Notes: a model not told the origin generated them from the letters alone. A stretch of 64,000 bases of DNA from an uncultured Pseudomonadota bacterium (GCA_963770835.1 CAVYRH010000019.1:384001-448000); one strand, 5' to 3'. Positions 30,334 through 40,981 are shown, counted from the first letter of the stretch. Numbers and translations: made by a program.

Positions 30334-30966
30334 ATGAAAAAACAGCCTATTAAACTGAAATGGTCGGTGTTGCTGGTATCCCTTTTCCTGGCGGCCCTTC
30401 CCTTCCTGAACCTTACAGCCTTCGGACAAGGGGCCGCGCCCAGCGCCAATCCGGTGGTTCCCTACGCCACGGCCGTCCCGGCACCCATCGACCTCAATTC
30501 GGCGCCCATCACGGTTTACCCACTTGTGGACGACCATTCGCTGGTGACTTGGGACACCCTCTCCCATTTCGACTATGACTCCCCCAGCATCGACGAGGAG
30601 ATTGACTCGAAACTGCGCCTCAAGAAGAAAAAATACCCCATCCCCGGCTTCATCAAGCTGCTAAATGGCGCCCCCGTCGCAGTAGTGGGCTTCATGATCC
30701 CCCTAGACACGAACGAGGCGGGGGACAAGACGACCTCCTTCATCCTGGCCCGCAGTCAGGCCACTTGTTGCTACGGCATCACTCCCAAGATGAATGAGTG
30801 GATGTTCGTGCAAATGAAAAAGGGGAAACAGGCCGAGACGATGATGGACATGCCCGTGACGGCTTTCGGCACCCTGGCCGTGGGCGAGGAAAAAAAGTCC
30901 GATACGGGCTGGACCCTTTACCGGATGGTTTCGGATAAGGTCACCGTTCCCAAAGTCAATTGGTAA
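30334..30966 (+). CDS. DUF3299-like protein 2
   Basis: Signal peptide; LLNG..VVGFMIP..FILA..TCCYGITPKMNEW. Confidence 0.78.
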   Translation: MKKQPIKLKWSVLLVSLFLAALPFLNLTAFGQGAAPSANPVVPYATAVPAPIDLNSAPITVYPLVDDHSLVTWDTLSHFDYDSPSIDEEIDSKLRLKKKKYPIPGFIKLLNGAPVAVVGFMIPLDTNEAGDKTTSFILARSQATCCYGITPKMNEWMFVQMKKGKQAETMMDMPVTAFGTLAVGEEKKSDTGWTLYRMVSDKVTVPKVNW

Positions 30967-30983
30967 GGATGAAGGAGGCTTCG

Positions 30984-31715
30984 ATGGGTGGCATACACGG
31001 TCCAACGGTTAAGAAAAGCGGTAACGGGGAAAACCCTTCCGCTTCCCGCATCCCAACGCAGGATTTGAAATACTGGGCCATGATGGTCTTGAGCCTCTTC
31101 TGGTTCGTGTTCCTGACCTATTACCTGCTCAAGGCCAACAGCCGCCCCTCCGTCCTTCAATGGTGGCAAACGCAAAGCAAGGCGGAAGAAACGGTTCCAT
31201 CGGCGCCCCCCAAGGCAGACCCCGTTTCCGGCATTCCCTCAAAACCAGCCTTGAACATCCCCTACCCGAAAGAGGGAGATTATTACCGGCTCAATTTCGA
31301 CGTCCTGTCCGGGTTCCCCGCGGGGACGCCGGACATTTCGAATCCGGCGGTTGACCCCCGGAAGAGGGCCAAAATGGCCAGCTTCAATATCCCCGGCCCG
31401 GTGAAGGTCTTGAATGGGCAAAAAATATCCGTTGTTGGTTTCATGATCCCCATGACCATGGACAAGGAAAGTGTTTATAGTTTTATCCTGGCTCAAAGCC
31501 GGATGACCTGCTGTTACGGGATGGTTCCCCAACTCAACCAATGGATTTACGTCACCATGGACCCGGGGAAGCCAACGTCACAACTGATGGACGTTCCCAT
31601 CACCGTTTTTGGGACCCTGAGCGTGGGCATGAAGATCGACAAGGACAGCATGGGTTGGTGCCTTTACCGCATGACCTCCGGCAAGGTGGATATGCCCAAA
31701 CAATCCTGGTTTTAG
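30984..31715 (+). CDS. DUF3299-like protein 3 (membrane anchored)
   Basis: RBS AAGGAGG before ATG 30984; TM; VLNG..VVGFMIP..TCCYGMVPQLNQW. Confidence 0.78.
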   Translation: MGGIHGPTVKKSGNGENPSASRIPTQDLKYWAMMVLSLFWFVFLTYYLLKANSRPSVLQWWQTQSKAEETVPSAPPKADPVSGIPSKPALNIPYPKEGDYYRLNFDVLSGFPAGTPDISNPAVDPRKRAKMASFNIPGPVKVLNGQKISVVGFMIPMTMDKESVYSFILAQSRMTCCYGMVPQLNQWIYVTMDPGKPTSQLMDVPITVFGTLSVGMKIDKDSMGWCLYRMTSGKVDMPKQSWF

Positions 31716-31726
31716 GAGCGGCGGCG

Positions 31727-32509
31727 ATGAGGCCTCGAATGCCGAAACCTCTTTTGACCGGAAGCCTGGTTTTGTTTCTTTTTCCCTTCCGGGGCCTTGC
31801 CGCCTCCCCCTCCAATCTGGGCGGAAACTACAATCTCCAAATTCAAACCGAATACCCCGCCGACAGCCACCGGAAGCCTAAGCACACCCTCCTGTTACAA
31901 AAGGGTTGGAGGGAGTTGTGGAAAATACAGTCCGAAACGCCGTTTGAAAAAGCGGTCGTGTCCAACGAAACGGGAAGATGCTTCTGTGAGGTGGTTTATC
32001 CCGGCTGGACTGAAATATGGGTCTTCGACCGCTCCGGGAAAAAAATCATGGTACAGCGCGGAAAGCTCCTGGTTATCTCCGCGGGAGGCCAGTCAATGGC
32101 TTACCTGCCCCCGGGAACCGGAAACGGTTCCGGGGGCTTGGCCATTCAGGTTGTCAGTCTGGATAACGGCCGGCGCTCGAAATTCAAATTAGCGGAAAGC
32201 TTTGTCCTTAAAACCGTATCCGAGGACGGAAAAACCATCCTAGTCGGGAAGGACGAATTCAACCTGGCCGGAGTGGAATACCGCCTGATCGATGAACAAG
32301 GGGCGGTGATCTGGGGGAAAAAAGGCCGTGGGCTCTTTTTATGTTTGGAACATCACGGGCAATGGGTGTCCTTTGCCATGCTGAAAGAGAAAAAGGTTGA
32401 AATTTGTGACTTTAAGACTGGCAAGCTATTGGACGAAATGCCCCGTTGGAAATATGACGCCATCCACCGTCCGCCGCCACCCCCCGCGAGTACTCCCCAG
32501 CCTGGATAA
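31727..32509 (+). CDS. Hypothetical exported protein (beta-rich)
   Basis: RBS AGGAG; signal peptide; last gene of the run. Confidence 0.6.
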   Translation: MRPRMPKPLLTGSLVLFLFPFRGLAASPSNLGGNYNLQIQTEYPADSHRKPKHTLLLQKGWRELWKIQSETPFEKAVVSNETGRCFCEVVYPGWTEIWVFDRSGKKIMVQRGKLLVISAGGQSMAYLPPGTGNGSGGLAIQVVSLDNGRRSKFKLAESFVLKTVSEDGKTILVGKDEFNLAGVEYRLIDEQGAVIWGKKGRGLFLCLEHHGQWVSFAMLKEKKVEICDFKTGKLLDEMPRWKYDAIHRPPPPPASTPQPG

Positions 32510-32663
32510 GGCGGACAACGGAATTCCCCATTGTGGTTACAAAGATGAATTTGAGGAGAACAATAGAGGTTTTTGATAGAACATTTGCCCTAGCCGTAAA
32601 AGAAGATTCGGTTTTTGGGAGACCGGCCTTGGACATTAAACAGGGGTTCCAGGACGATTCTGT

Positions 32664-34886
32664 TTACCGGCGTAGCACCAGGATGCCGTGCGTCAAGGCC
32701 TTGCTGCCCAATCGCACCACATAAACATAAACCCCGCTGGCCGCTTCCCTGCCCCCGTCGTTTCGCCCATCCCATTCAGTCAACCCATTGAAACCGTTTC
32801 CCGCGGCCTGCTGCTTCATGAGTTCCCCGGCCGTGGTGTAGACCACCAAGCTCGAGCCCGCCGGCATGCCCGCGACCTTAAGGGTCCCTTCCGGGGCGGT
32901 GCCGGGATTGAAGGGATTGGGATAAAGCACGATACCCGTTGTCGGTACGGGTGTGAAAGTGGGCGTGGAAACGCCTGGGGTTGAAGTGGATGTGGCTGAA
33001 AGCGCCGCTCCCGGGGTGTTGGTGGGTGTGTCGGAAGGCGTGAAAGTCGCGGACGTCGTGGTGGAATTCGTTGCCGTGGCACTGGCCGTCCCCGTGGCCG
33101 TGGAAGTGGTTGTGCTAGTGGATGTCGACGAGAACGTAGCCGAAGTCGTGGCGGTTAAAGTGGCGGTGGAGGTTGGGGTAGCGGTAGTGGTTTCTGTAGT
33201 TGTCAGTGTCGCCAAGTTCGTCGGCGTCAGGGTGGGGGTGGCGCTGGGAACGGGAGTGGGGGTATCGGTGGGGGTTATTGAAGCCGTGGCCGAAGCGGTG
33301 CTCGAGAGAGTCCCCGTCGGTGTTAGTGAAGCGGTTGAAGTCGGGGAGTCTGTTGCGCTGGCTGTCATCGTGAAAGTCGGGGTGGAAGAGGGAGTAAATG
33401 TGGAAACCGGTGTATCCGTCGAAGTACTAGAGGGGGTCAGAGTGGTTGTATTCGTGGGGGTTCCAGTGGGTGTATCGGTTGGAGTGGCGGTCCCCGTGCT
33501 GGTGTACGTCGTGCTGGGAGTTTCGGTGGGACTCGCCGTGGGGGAAAGGGTAGCTGTTCCCGTATTGGAGGCGGTGGAAGAGGCCGAAGAGGTGGCTGTC
33601 AAGGTCGGGGTCGAGGTTGTCGTGGCCGAAGGGGTGCAGGTGGGTGTCGCCGTCGTCGTGCTCGTAGGAGTAAGGGTCGCGGTATTGGAGGAAGTCCCCG
33701 TAGGCGTAAAGGTGGGCGTGGGGGTGGCGGTTCCTGTTGGGGTATTCGTGGCGGTCAGGGTGGAGGTATCGGAGGGCGTGAATGTCGGCGTTTTGGTGGG
33801 TGTGGAAGTGGTTGTGGAAGTCGCCGTATTGGTGGCGGTGGTGGTGGCCGTGTTCGTGGGCGTAGGAGTGCTGGTCGGCGGATTCCAACCACAAGGGAAA
33901 GGCACGATTTCAATAGCCTCGATGGCCGATACCTGGCTGGAGGAAAGCCCATAGGTCATGGTATAGGTGCCTGACAGGTTGGTGAGCTGGTCGTCCCCTT
34001 CGGTGGTGCCGGTGTCCGCATCCACCCACCTTTGGGTCTGCGCCGATCCCGGCGTGATGGAAGCGGTGGAGGAGCCGAGGTCGCAAAGGTCTGCGATGAC
34101 GCTGTGGTCGGCGTTGGTGGTGACAGAAATGGTCTGGGCGGCGGAAGCGCCGTTGGAAACGAAGGCCTGGGAACCGATAGGGTGTACCCCGTAAACCCCG
34201 GCATAGCTGATGAAACCCAGGTGCACCGCAGCCGGACTACTGAATTTAACGATGAGGTTATTGGTGCCCATCGCGGGGTTGAGGATATACCAAGAGGTGA
34301 GGGTGGTGTCGGTTAGGGCGCTGGTATCGGTGCGGATGCGGCTGAGGGTCGTTCCGTTATAAGTAGCGCTGGTAATGGTGGTGCTTTGGTTGTTGAACTC
34401 CGCTTGGAGAAGAATAAAGGGGTCCAGTGCGTAGCTGGAATAAGCCGTGTAGGTCAGCGTCACGCCCGAGACCGCCACGCCGTTGGAACTATAAGAACCG
34501 GTATTCTCGAAAACGAGCGAAGCCTGGTAGGTGAGGCAAGTGTTGGTAGCCGTGGCCGTGGCCGTGAGGGTAGGCGTGTTCGTGATGGTGGCCGTGGGTG
34601 TAGAAGTTGCGGTAACGGTAGGGGTATCGGTGATAGTGAAGGTGGGCGTAATGGTGGCGCTATTGGTGGGCGTGAAAGAAGGCGTGAGGGTGGCGGTAGT
34701 TGTAAATGTGGAGGAAGGCGTCCCGGTAGGGGTGAGGGTTGGAGTATTGGTCGTGGTCTTGGTGGCCGTGGCCGTAGAGGTATTGGTCGGCGTCTTGGTG
34801 GCTGTGGCTGTATTAGTACTTTGGGGGGTCGAGGTGGGGGTATAAGTCGCGGTCATGGTGGGGGTGTTCGTCGGAGTGAAGGACAA
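32664..34886 (-). pseudogene. Thr/Pro-repeat surface protein with FlgD-Ig/sorting-like C-terminal domain, apparently 5'-truncated
   Basis: Begins inside TPT repeats with no signal peptide; ends [26 protein letters not shown]. Confidence 0.7.
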
Positions 34887-35614
34887 AACTGGGGCCGCTT
34901 ATCCTCCTTGAGCCGAAACTGCAAATTACTAACCATTCGGACGGCGTGCTTTTCGGTTTCCGAAATGATCATCCGTAGGGCATGGGGAAAGGAGTCCGAC
35001 AGGTACCAAACCATGTTTTCGACCATCTTCTGGTTGTAGGCGGTGCGCTCAAATTCCAAGACGAACGGGGTTCTTTCCCCCTCCAAATCTGCCTCGAAAT
35101 AACCGTCCGGGGTTCTCCTGAGTACTGATTTGATCCGCCGCCAAGCCCATTTCCTCCAGTCAGCTTCCAGCTTCCCGGCCAAGAACTCGGCCTTGAGTTC
35201 GGGAGTTATTCCCGAGCGCATCTCGAAATCGCTTACCCAAAAGATGTCTTCCAGTTCCGGGCTGGCCTCAATAACGATCCTTAGCTCTTGGACCATTAGG
35301 TCATGTTGTCTCTCATAGGGGTTGATTCGGATGGGCGTTTTCCGGTTCATAACCATCATCCGGCCCGCCTCATCCAGGGTTCGGATGGCCTCGATTGTTA
35401 GGAAATAGTAGTTATGCGCGAACATATTGGCCTTCTCAAAGAGAAGGAACCCCTTCTTGGTGTACTTGCTCAGGACATAACAGGTGTTTCGGTAAGTGCC
35501 TTGGGGATAAAACTTTTTGCGGAAAAGCTCAGGCATGGTGAACTTGTTGGAGTGAATCCAGGTTAGGTGTTCAACTTCATTTTCCGTCATCTCAAGATAA
35601 CGGCTCATGGTCAT
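34853..35614 (-). CDS. Replication-relaxation (Replic_Relax)-like protein, C-terminus probably truncated
   Basis: wHTH-like N-terminus, HDL, RTPDGYF..FVLEFER; last residues read into the Thr/Pro gene in another frame. Confidence 0.6.
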   Translation of the reverse strand: MTMSRYLEMTENEVEHLTWIHSNKFTMPELFRKKFYPQGTYRNTCYVLSKYTKKGFLLFEKANMFAHNYYFLTIEAIRTLDEAGRMMVMNRKTPIRINPYERQHDLMVQELRIVIEASPELEDIFWVSDFEMRSGITPELKAEFLAGKLEADWRKWAWRRIKSVLRRTPDGYFEADLEGERTPFVLEFERTAYNQKMVENMVWYLSDSFPHALRMIISETEKHAVRMVSNLQFRLKEDKRPQFCPSLRRTPPP

Positions 35615-35929
35615 CCACCCTTTCCAGCAAAAATTCTTTCTCAAACTTTAATCTGGATGGAATGGGAAAAGAAAATAATCAAACAATACGACCTACTGCC
35701 AAAAAAGTAGGCGCTCATGCGGAGTGGTTTTGAGGTGATAGTCACAGCGAAAAGGTGTGTGCGGAGCACCATCGAAGATCGCCGAGTTTGTCCCCTGGAC
35801 ACAGTTTAGGTGTCCTGAGACAAGCAACCGGTTGCTAATATCCTTCGGGAAATGAGAAAACAAACAAAATTTCAAAGGGATAGGAAGATTATCCTGTTTT
35901 GAAGTAAGTGGGCAGAGGCCTAATGTGAT

Positions 35930-38671
35930 TTATTCATCATCATTTTTGCCAATCAAACCTCCACCAACCTGGAAAAGATATTTTTCTATTTTAAGAATAT
36001 CTTTTTCTAATGCAGGAAATTCCATATTCGGTTTTAGTCTCGTGAATTCTTGAATGGCCTTTTTCAATAAGACAATCTCATCTCTTCGCAACTTGCCTTT
36101 AAAAGCAAACACAGCTTTTTTGGACCGTCTACAGTTTTCAGCATAACGAACGATACCGCTAAGAAATTTTTGATTTTTCACCAATGGCGAAGAAAATTCT
36201 TCTATTGCAGTCAAAATAATTAAACTTACCGGGTTAACATTTAATTCCCTTGTACAAATGGCTAAAAAGCGCACCTTATTTTTAAATCGCTTCAAAAACC
36301 TAGGAGTTTGTTTTCCAAGCAAAGCCACTTCTCGCCAAACTTTAATGGCCGCTTCCACCGCTTCTGAATCTTCCTCATAATCTTCACTCTTTTTGCGAAA
36401 TGAAACCATTAAAAGAATTATGAATACAAGTAGTCCTTCAATTAGCAAAACCCCAATTGGAACTTTTTGTTTTAAAACATCAAGAACCTCAACCGGTTTT
36501 GAAATCAAATCAGAGGTTGAAGTTAAATCAATTTGTCGCACGGGGATTTTATTTATTCCCGGCAGCGGGGTGCTCCGAGCCGGAAGATGAGACGGAACCT
36601 CATGTTGCGCCGAACTTTTAATTTGTGGTTTTTTTGGTTCAGGAATCGAGTCGCCAGACTTCAATTTAAGGTTCGCGTTCGAGCTAACCGCCGCAGTTGG
36701 TGTATGCAGCGTTTGTGTTATCAAATCGACGGCTTTCGGACCATAAGAATTCCACAGAAGACTTAGAGAAAATATTAAGAGCGGAAATACTGAATATTGA
36801 ATAATATTTTTTGGAAAAGATAATAAAAATTGTTTTCTTTTTTCTAGTTTAAACTTTTTGATAGTATCCCTTTCCAAGTCCTTATCCAATTGTTTCGGAT
36901 CAAAAAGCGGTACTCTAATTTCAAGATTAATTATTTTTTCCAAATATCGAACAGAATAATTACTTTCAATTTGATTATTTTTCGAATGATAATTCTGAAT
37001 AAATTTTAGTACCTCGTCCATTTCCAATCCTAAAACGAAGTAACACTCGCCCGAATGTGTCAGAAAATTAATAGTTCCCAGCACTTCTACAACACGTTCT
37101 GGATCGGAGCGATCTAAATCGTCGATAAAAATTGCCAGTCGATTATTCCCCAAAGCTTTTGTAATTTCTTTAAACGCTTTTTGAAACCGGTATCGAAGAC
37201 CAGCTTGGTCCTCGAACGACTTTAACTTAACCAGCTTTTGAAACGGCGACGAAAGTTTAGAGAGGAATAACCCAAAGACTAAGGAGTTATGAAGACAATA
37301 AGAAAAGATGATAAAAGAAAAAGAAAACAGGTACCAAAAGATGCTGTTAAGCTCGTACTGTTTCCAATTAGGCCAACCATTTAAAAAAAAGTAACTAAGT
37401 GCAAAAGGAATGACGGTAACAAAAAATCCAACAATCACTCTCCAAGTTCGGTTCAAAAACAACTTCGTTCTGAAAATAATTCCATCTAACGAAAAAAAGG
37501 AGGGAAGCGCCTCAGCTCGAATAGCTTCGAACAAAGAAGCTAAAATGTGCTCTTCTTTTTGATGGTGCCAGGCGTTAAACCAAACCGTTCGAAAACCTTT
37601 ATTATCTAATTCCTTTTTAACCAAGTTCATAAAAGAACTTTTTCCACTTCCCCATTTCCCTGTTACAGAAAAAGTCAGCGGTGGTTTAGTGTCTTTATTT
37701 AAAATAAAAGCCGCAAGATTTTTGGAATAGGTGGAAAGATATTGGCTTTCCGGATCGTCTAGCCCCAATGGTTGGTCAGAAGTCCCCTCTAAACCTATTT
37801 TTTGGATAACCTTCCGTTTTTTAAGAAAAAGTTTCCAAGCATTGAAAAGAAGAAACACCACTAAAACAATTAAAGTGAAATAAACGGTTAAAGGTTTATT
37901 TCGAAGTGCTTCGAGCGGTGTCACCGAAGCAGGGGGAATAGTAGGGGTTTCGGTTGGTGTAAATGAACCAGGCGTTTTTCCAGCCGAAGCTCCAAGAAAT
38001 GGAACAACGGTAGGTGTAATTATTGATATGACAGGGGTCTCGATGGGTTGGACTGTATTATCTGTTTGTTCAATGACTTCGGTATTGGTTGGGGTTGGAA
38101 TTACTTTTTTCTCTGGTTCTGGGGTTTTTTGAATCTTCTTTTTCAAACCACTAATTATGTTTGGTAGGTTGGGATCAGGGTTTGAAAAATTCTTAGCAAA
38201 ATTATAGTATTTCAATGCCTCGTCATACTTGCCTTCAAGCTCATAAGTTTTTCCAAGGCTAGCGTAGTTCTTACTACTTTTAGGATCGTCCTTAATTAAC
38301 CCCTTTCCTTCATTTTCAGCATTACCAAAATCTTTTTTTCTTCGGAAATATTCTATTAAAAGATTCTTAGCTTCAAAGTTATCACTGATGCTACGGGCCT
38401 TATCAATTTGCGTACCCGCCACATCAAAATCATTTTGCTCTATTGCGCATTTGGCCCAACCCAAAAAAGCTTCCTGCCTGCCCGAATCAATAGTAATAGC
38501 CTTTTGGTATTGCTTAATCGCTTCTTCATAATTTTTCGATTGAAAATATTTATTCCCTGTTTCGATAGCCTGCTGATAGGGATCGACCGGAGTGGGCGTG
38601 GTTGTATCTGAAAATATCTTGTGCGTTGGAAAGACGTAAAAAAACATTAGTAGTAAAAAGGTATATTTCAT
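35930..38671 (-). CDS. TPR-containing, membrane-spanning KAP-family P-loop NTPase
   Basis: Signal peptide, TPRs, TM, GKWGSGKSS, VWFNAW, IFIDDLDR, YLEKIINL, TPRFLKRFKN; AT-rich. Confidence 0.88.
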   Translation of the reverse strand: MKYTFLLLMFFYVFPTHKIFSDTTTPTPVDPYQQAIETGNKYFQSKNYEEAIKQYQKAITIDSGRQEAFLGWAKCAIEQNDFDVAGTQIDKARSISDNFEAKNLLIEYFRRKKDFGNAENEGKGLIKDDPKSSKNYASLGKTYELEGKYDEALKYYNFAKNFSNPDPNLPNIISGLKKKIQKTPEPEKKVIPTPTNTEVIEQTDNTVQPIETPVISIITPTVVPFLGASAGKTPGSFTPTETPTIPPASVTPLEALRNKPLTVYFTLIVLVVFLLFNAWKLFLKKRKVIQKIGLEGTSDQPLGLDDPESQYLSTYSKNLAAFILNKDTKPPLTFSVTGKWGSGKSSFMNLVKKELDNKGFRTVWFNAWHHQKEEHILASLFEAIRAEALPSFFSLDGIIFRTKLFLNRTWRVIVGFFVTVIPFALSYFFLNGWPNWKQYELNSIFWYLFSFSFIIFSYCLHNSLVFGLFLSKLSSPFQKLVKLKSFEDQAGLRYRFQKAFKEITKALGNNRLAIFIDDLDRSDPERVVEVLGTINFLTHSGECYFVLGLEMDEVLKFIQNYHSKNNQIESNYSVRYLEKIINLEIRVPLFDPKQLDKDLERDTIKKFKLEKRKQFLLSFPKNIIQYSVFPLLIFSLSLLWNSYGPKAVDLITQTLHTPTAAVSSNANLKLKSGDSIPEPKKPQIKSSAQHEVPSHLPARSTPLPGINKIPVRQIDLTSTSDLISKPVEVLDVLKQKVPIGVLLIEGLLVFIILLMVSFRKKSEDYEEDSEAVEAAIKVWREVALLGKQTPRFLKRFKNKVRFLAICTRELNVNPVSLIILTAIEEFSSPLVKNQKFLSGIVRYAENCRRSKKAVFAFKGKLRRDEIVLLKKAIQEFTRLKPNMEFPALEKDILKIEKYLFQVGGGLIGKNDDE

Positions 38672-38744
38672 TTTTTTATTCCGTTTTTAACAATTAACAT
38701 TACTGGAATCATATCTTTTTAAATTTTTTCCTTTAGATTAAATC

Positions 38745-39647
38745 TCAAGGTGAAATGAAGGTTGATGCGTTGGTATCGTGAGCCATAGGTGCTGGTGGCG
38801 TATTGCCTACGTACCACCCCGAAACCGCAATATTTTGATGGCCTATCACTACTCCACTTGTGCCAACGTTCATTAGATAATTTTGCCCAGAGGCGACGAG
38901 AACCTCACTTGGAGCTTCGACGTTTTCTGGATCGTTTTCAAAGGGATTACTTAAATGATCCTGCAAATAATTTTGCCAACAATCATTTAAAAACTTAACC
39001 GTATCCACCCAAGCGTTATTCAGCAATTCATGAGCCTTAATAAAATCCTTTCTAACCTTTTCGGCTTTTTCTTGGGAATCAATTTTTCTCCAATCGTAAT
39101 AATCCGTCTCTTTTCCAATCATCGGGACGTACAAGACGCTATCAATAATCATGGTTGGCATTAGATGACTGTGGGCTAAAAAATTTCTGTACCAACGCAT
39201 GCTCTTAATATGATCCGGGTATATCCTCCCTTTTTCCCACGCATTTATTAATTCTCCTCCAATGCTTCTGCCTTTCCAGGGTTCGTATTTGGTGGGCTCG
39301 GATATCCTCTGGATGAGTTCAAACGCAACATCTTGTGCGCTGAACAACCGCAAAAACCCTTCCAATAAATTATCGAAGTTGAACTTGCTTTTATCAGCTA
39401 AAAGATCGTAAACATAAGCCAAGTGCCGAAGTACCGTGTAATGCAATTGAGCATATTGGACTTCGCGGTCACCCTTGCCATCTTTTAATAATTCCTGTTC
39501 GGATTTTAAGTGGATATTTGAAGGCCTATTTGTCATAGGAACAATAAACTTGGCCCAGAACCGCTCATAATTTGGAAACAATGTTTTGATAAATTTGTTC
39601 CAATAGAATTTCTCAAAGTCGTCGCCTTCGGTTATTAGTCGAGCCAT
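38745..39647 (-). CDS. Hypothetical helical protein with HEPN-like RxxxxH motif
   Basis: YRNFLAH; AT-rich island context. Confidence 0.6.
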   Translation of the reverse strand: MARLITEGDDFEKFYWNKFIKTLFPNYERFWAKFIVPMTNRPSNIHLKSEQELLKDGKGDREVQYAQLHYTVLRHLAYVYDLLADKSKFNFDNLLEGFLRLFSAQDVAFELIQRISEPTKYEPWKGRSIGGELINAWEKGRIYPDHIKSMRWYRNFLAHSHLMPTMIIDSVLYVPMIGKETDYYDWRKIDSQEKAEKVRKDFIKAHELLNNAWVDTVKFLNDCWQNYLQDHLSNPFENDPENVEAPSEVLVASGQNYLMNVGTSGVVIGHQNIAVSGWYVGNTPPAPMAHDTNASTFISP

Positions 39648-39665
39648 TACTTCACAGCCTTTTCC

Positions 39666-40589
39666 TTAGAGTTCGTCACAACTTCTCGAATCAAGCCTGA
39701 TCCGAGTTACTCCAGGGGGAGCTTGATCTTTCAGTTGAACGAAAGAATCCGTCCCGGCGAAGTTCTGAGGAAATACGGCCAAACAATCCTTGCCCCCATA
39801 TTTCGATGGATACTTGATGCCTTCAATACCGGCTTCCGAAACCAATTGTCCAAAAATTTGGCAAGACGCGGGGACATCAACATGCATCGGATAGGCTCTC
39901 CAATTTGGGTATAAGAGGGCGCTCATTAACCCCTGGACGGTTTGAACCGCGTTAACTTCCACCCCTAATTTTCGACCAGCTTTTACTACCGAATCGGTGA
40001 TTTTGAAGTCCTTTATCAGATTAACAAAACCCTTCAATCTTTCTGGTTGATTGAGATCGATGATTGTTCCGAGGGAACCGTAAACCGCTAGAGAAGTTTC
40101 AGACGGTTGGGCTGACAACGCTAATTCATCGGAGGATAATCCTCCCCTTCCTTCGGGTGGGACTTGAAACAATTCTTTCAAAGCGGTGATTTTATCCGAC
40201 CCTAAATAAAGACACGGGAAAGGAGGGTATTGGGTACGAGAAATTTCGCCAAAATTAAACCGGCCCCCAGCATCATCCAAAACGCTACCCCGAACCGATA
40301 ACGGATCGTGGGACCATTTATATTTGACCGAACGGTAATAATTGGAGAATTCCTCTGGGCCTACGGCGGCTTCTACCAGGGCAGTCTTTAATTGACCGAG
40401 AATGTGGGACCGTTGGTAGGCCATCTGATTAAACCAGTCCCAATAGAGCCGTATAAACTCTTCCTGACCTCTTTTCCCGTCCAAAACATCTTTTAGCGTA
40501 AAAGTGTCTAGATGAATACGAGCGATAAGTTTAGGAACGTTTATACGGCGGCGGGGATGCCAGTCCCTACTCCGCCTGGACTTTGGCAT
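39666..40589 (-). CDS. RES-domain toxin
   Basis: GGRFN, CLYLG..ALKE, GIEGIKYPS, LAVF. Confidence 0.8.
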   Translation of the reverse strand: MPKSRRSRDWHPRRRINVPKLIARIHLDTFTLKDVLDGKRGQEEFIRLYWDWFNQMAYQRSHILGQLKTALVEAAVGPEEFSNYYRSVKYKWSHDPLSVRGSVLDDAGGRFNFGEISRTQYPPFPCLYLGSDKITALKELFQVPPEGRGGLSSDELALSAQPSETSLAVYGSLGTIIDLNQPERLKGFVNLIKDFKITDSVVKAGRKLGVEVNAVQTVQGLMSALLYPNWRAYPMHVDVPASCQIFGQLVSEAGIEGIKYPSKYGGKDCLAVFPQNFAGTDSFVQLKDQAPPGVTRIRLDSRSCDEL

Positions 40590-40591
40590 GG

Positions 40592-40981
40592 TTAACCCGC
40601 CCGGCGGTTTTCGGACAGCGAATTCATCACGAAAGAAATAAGTTTCTTATAACGTCCGATGCGGATCATGTCACGGGGCGATATTTCGCCAAGAAGTGGA
40701 TTTGGAACTTTAAACCATATTGCGGTTTTATTGGCATCCCCACGAAAGTAACCTGCCACAAGGTTAAAAAGATTCGCCCATTCAATAATCCTCTGGCGCA
40801 ATTCTTTTGGGATCTTCTCATCGTACCTGACAGAGGCTAGTGGTACGTCAGCGGCACGCGCAACATCTTTGCTTTCCAAATCGGCAAATTTTATGACTTT
40901 TTGGAAATTAAGCTTAGACCCCTCAAAGAAATCCAAGTAATCCTTTTCATGCACATTATCAAACAAAGTAGAACGTTTCAT
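40592..40981 (-). CDS. Xre/MbcA/ParS-like antitoxin
   Basis: RBS GGAGG; AIWFKVPNPLLGEISPRDMI; directly upstream of the RES gene. Confidence 0.8.
   Translation of the reverse strand: MKRSTLFDNVHEKDYLDFFEGSKLNFQKVIKFADLESKDVARAADVPLASVRYDEKIPKELRQRIIEWANLFNLVAGYFRGDANKTAIWFKVPNPLLGEISPRDMIRIGRYKKLISFVMNSLSENRRAG

Noticed and set aside
32953..34845. Long Val/Gly/Ala-rich plus-strand ORFs
   Set aside because: Antisense shadows of Thr/Pro codon repeats.
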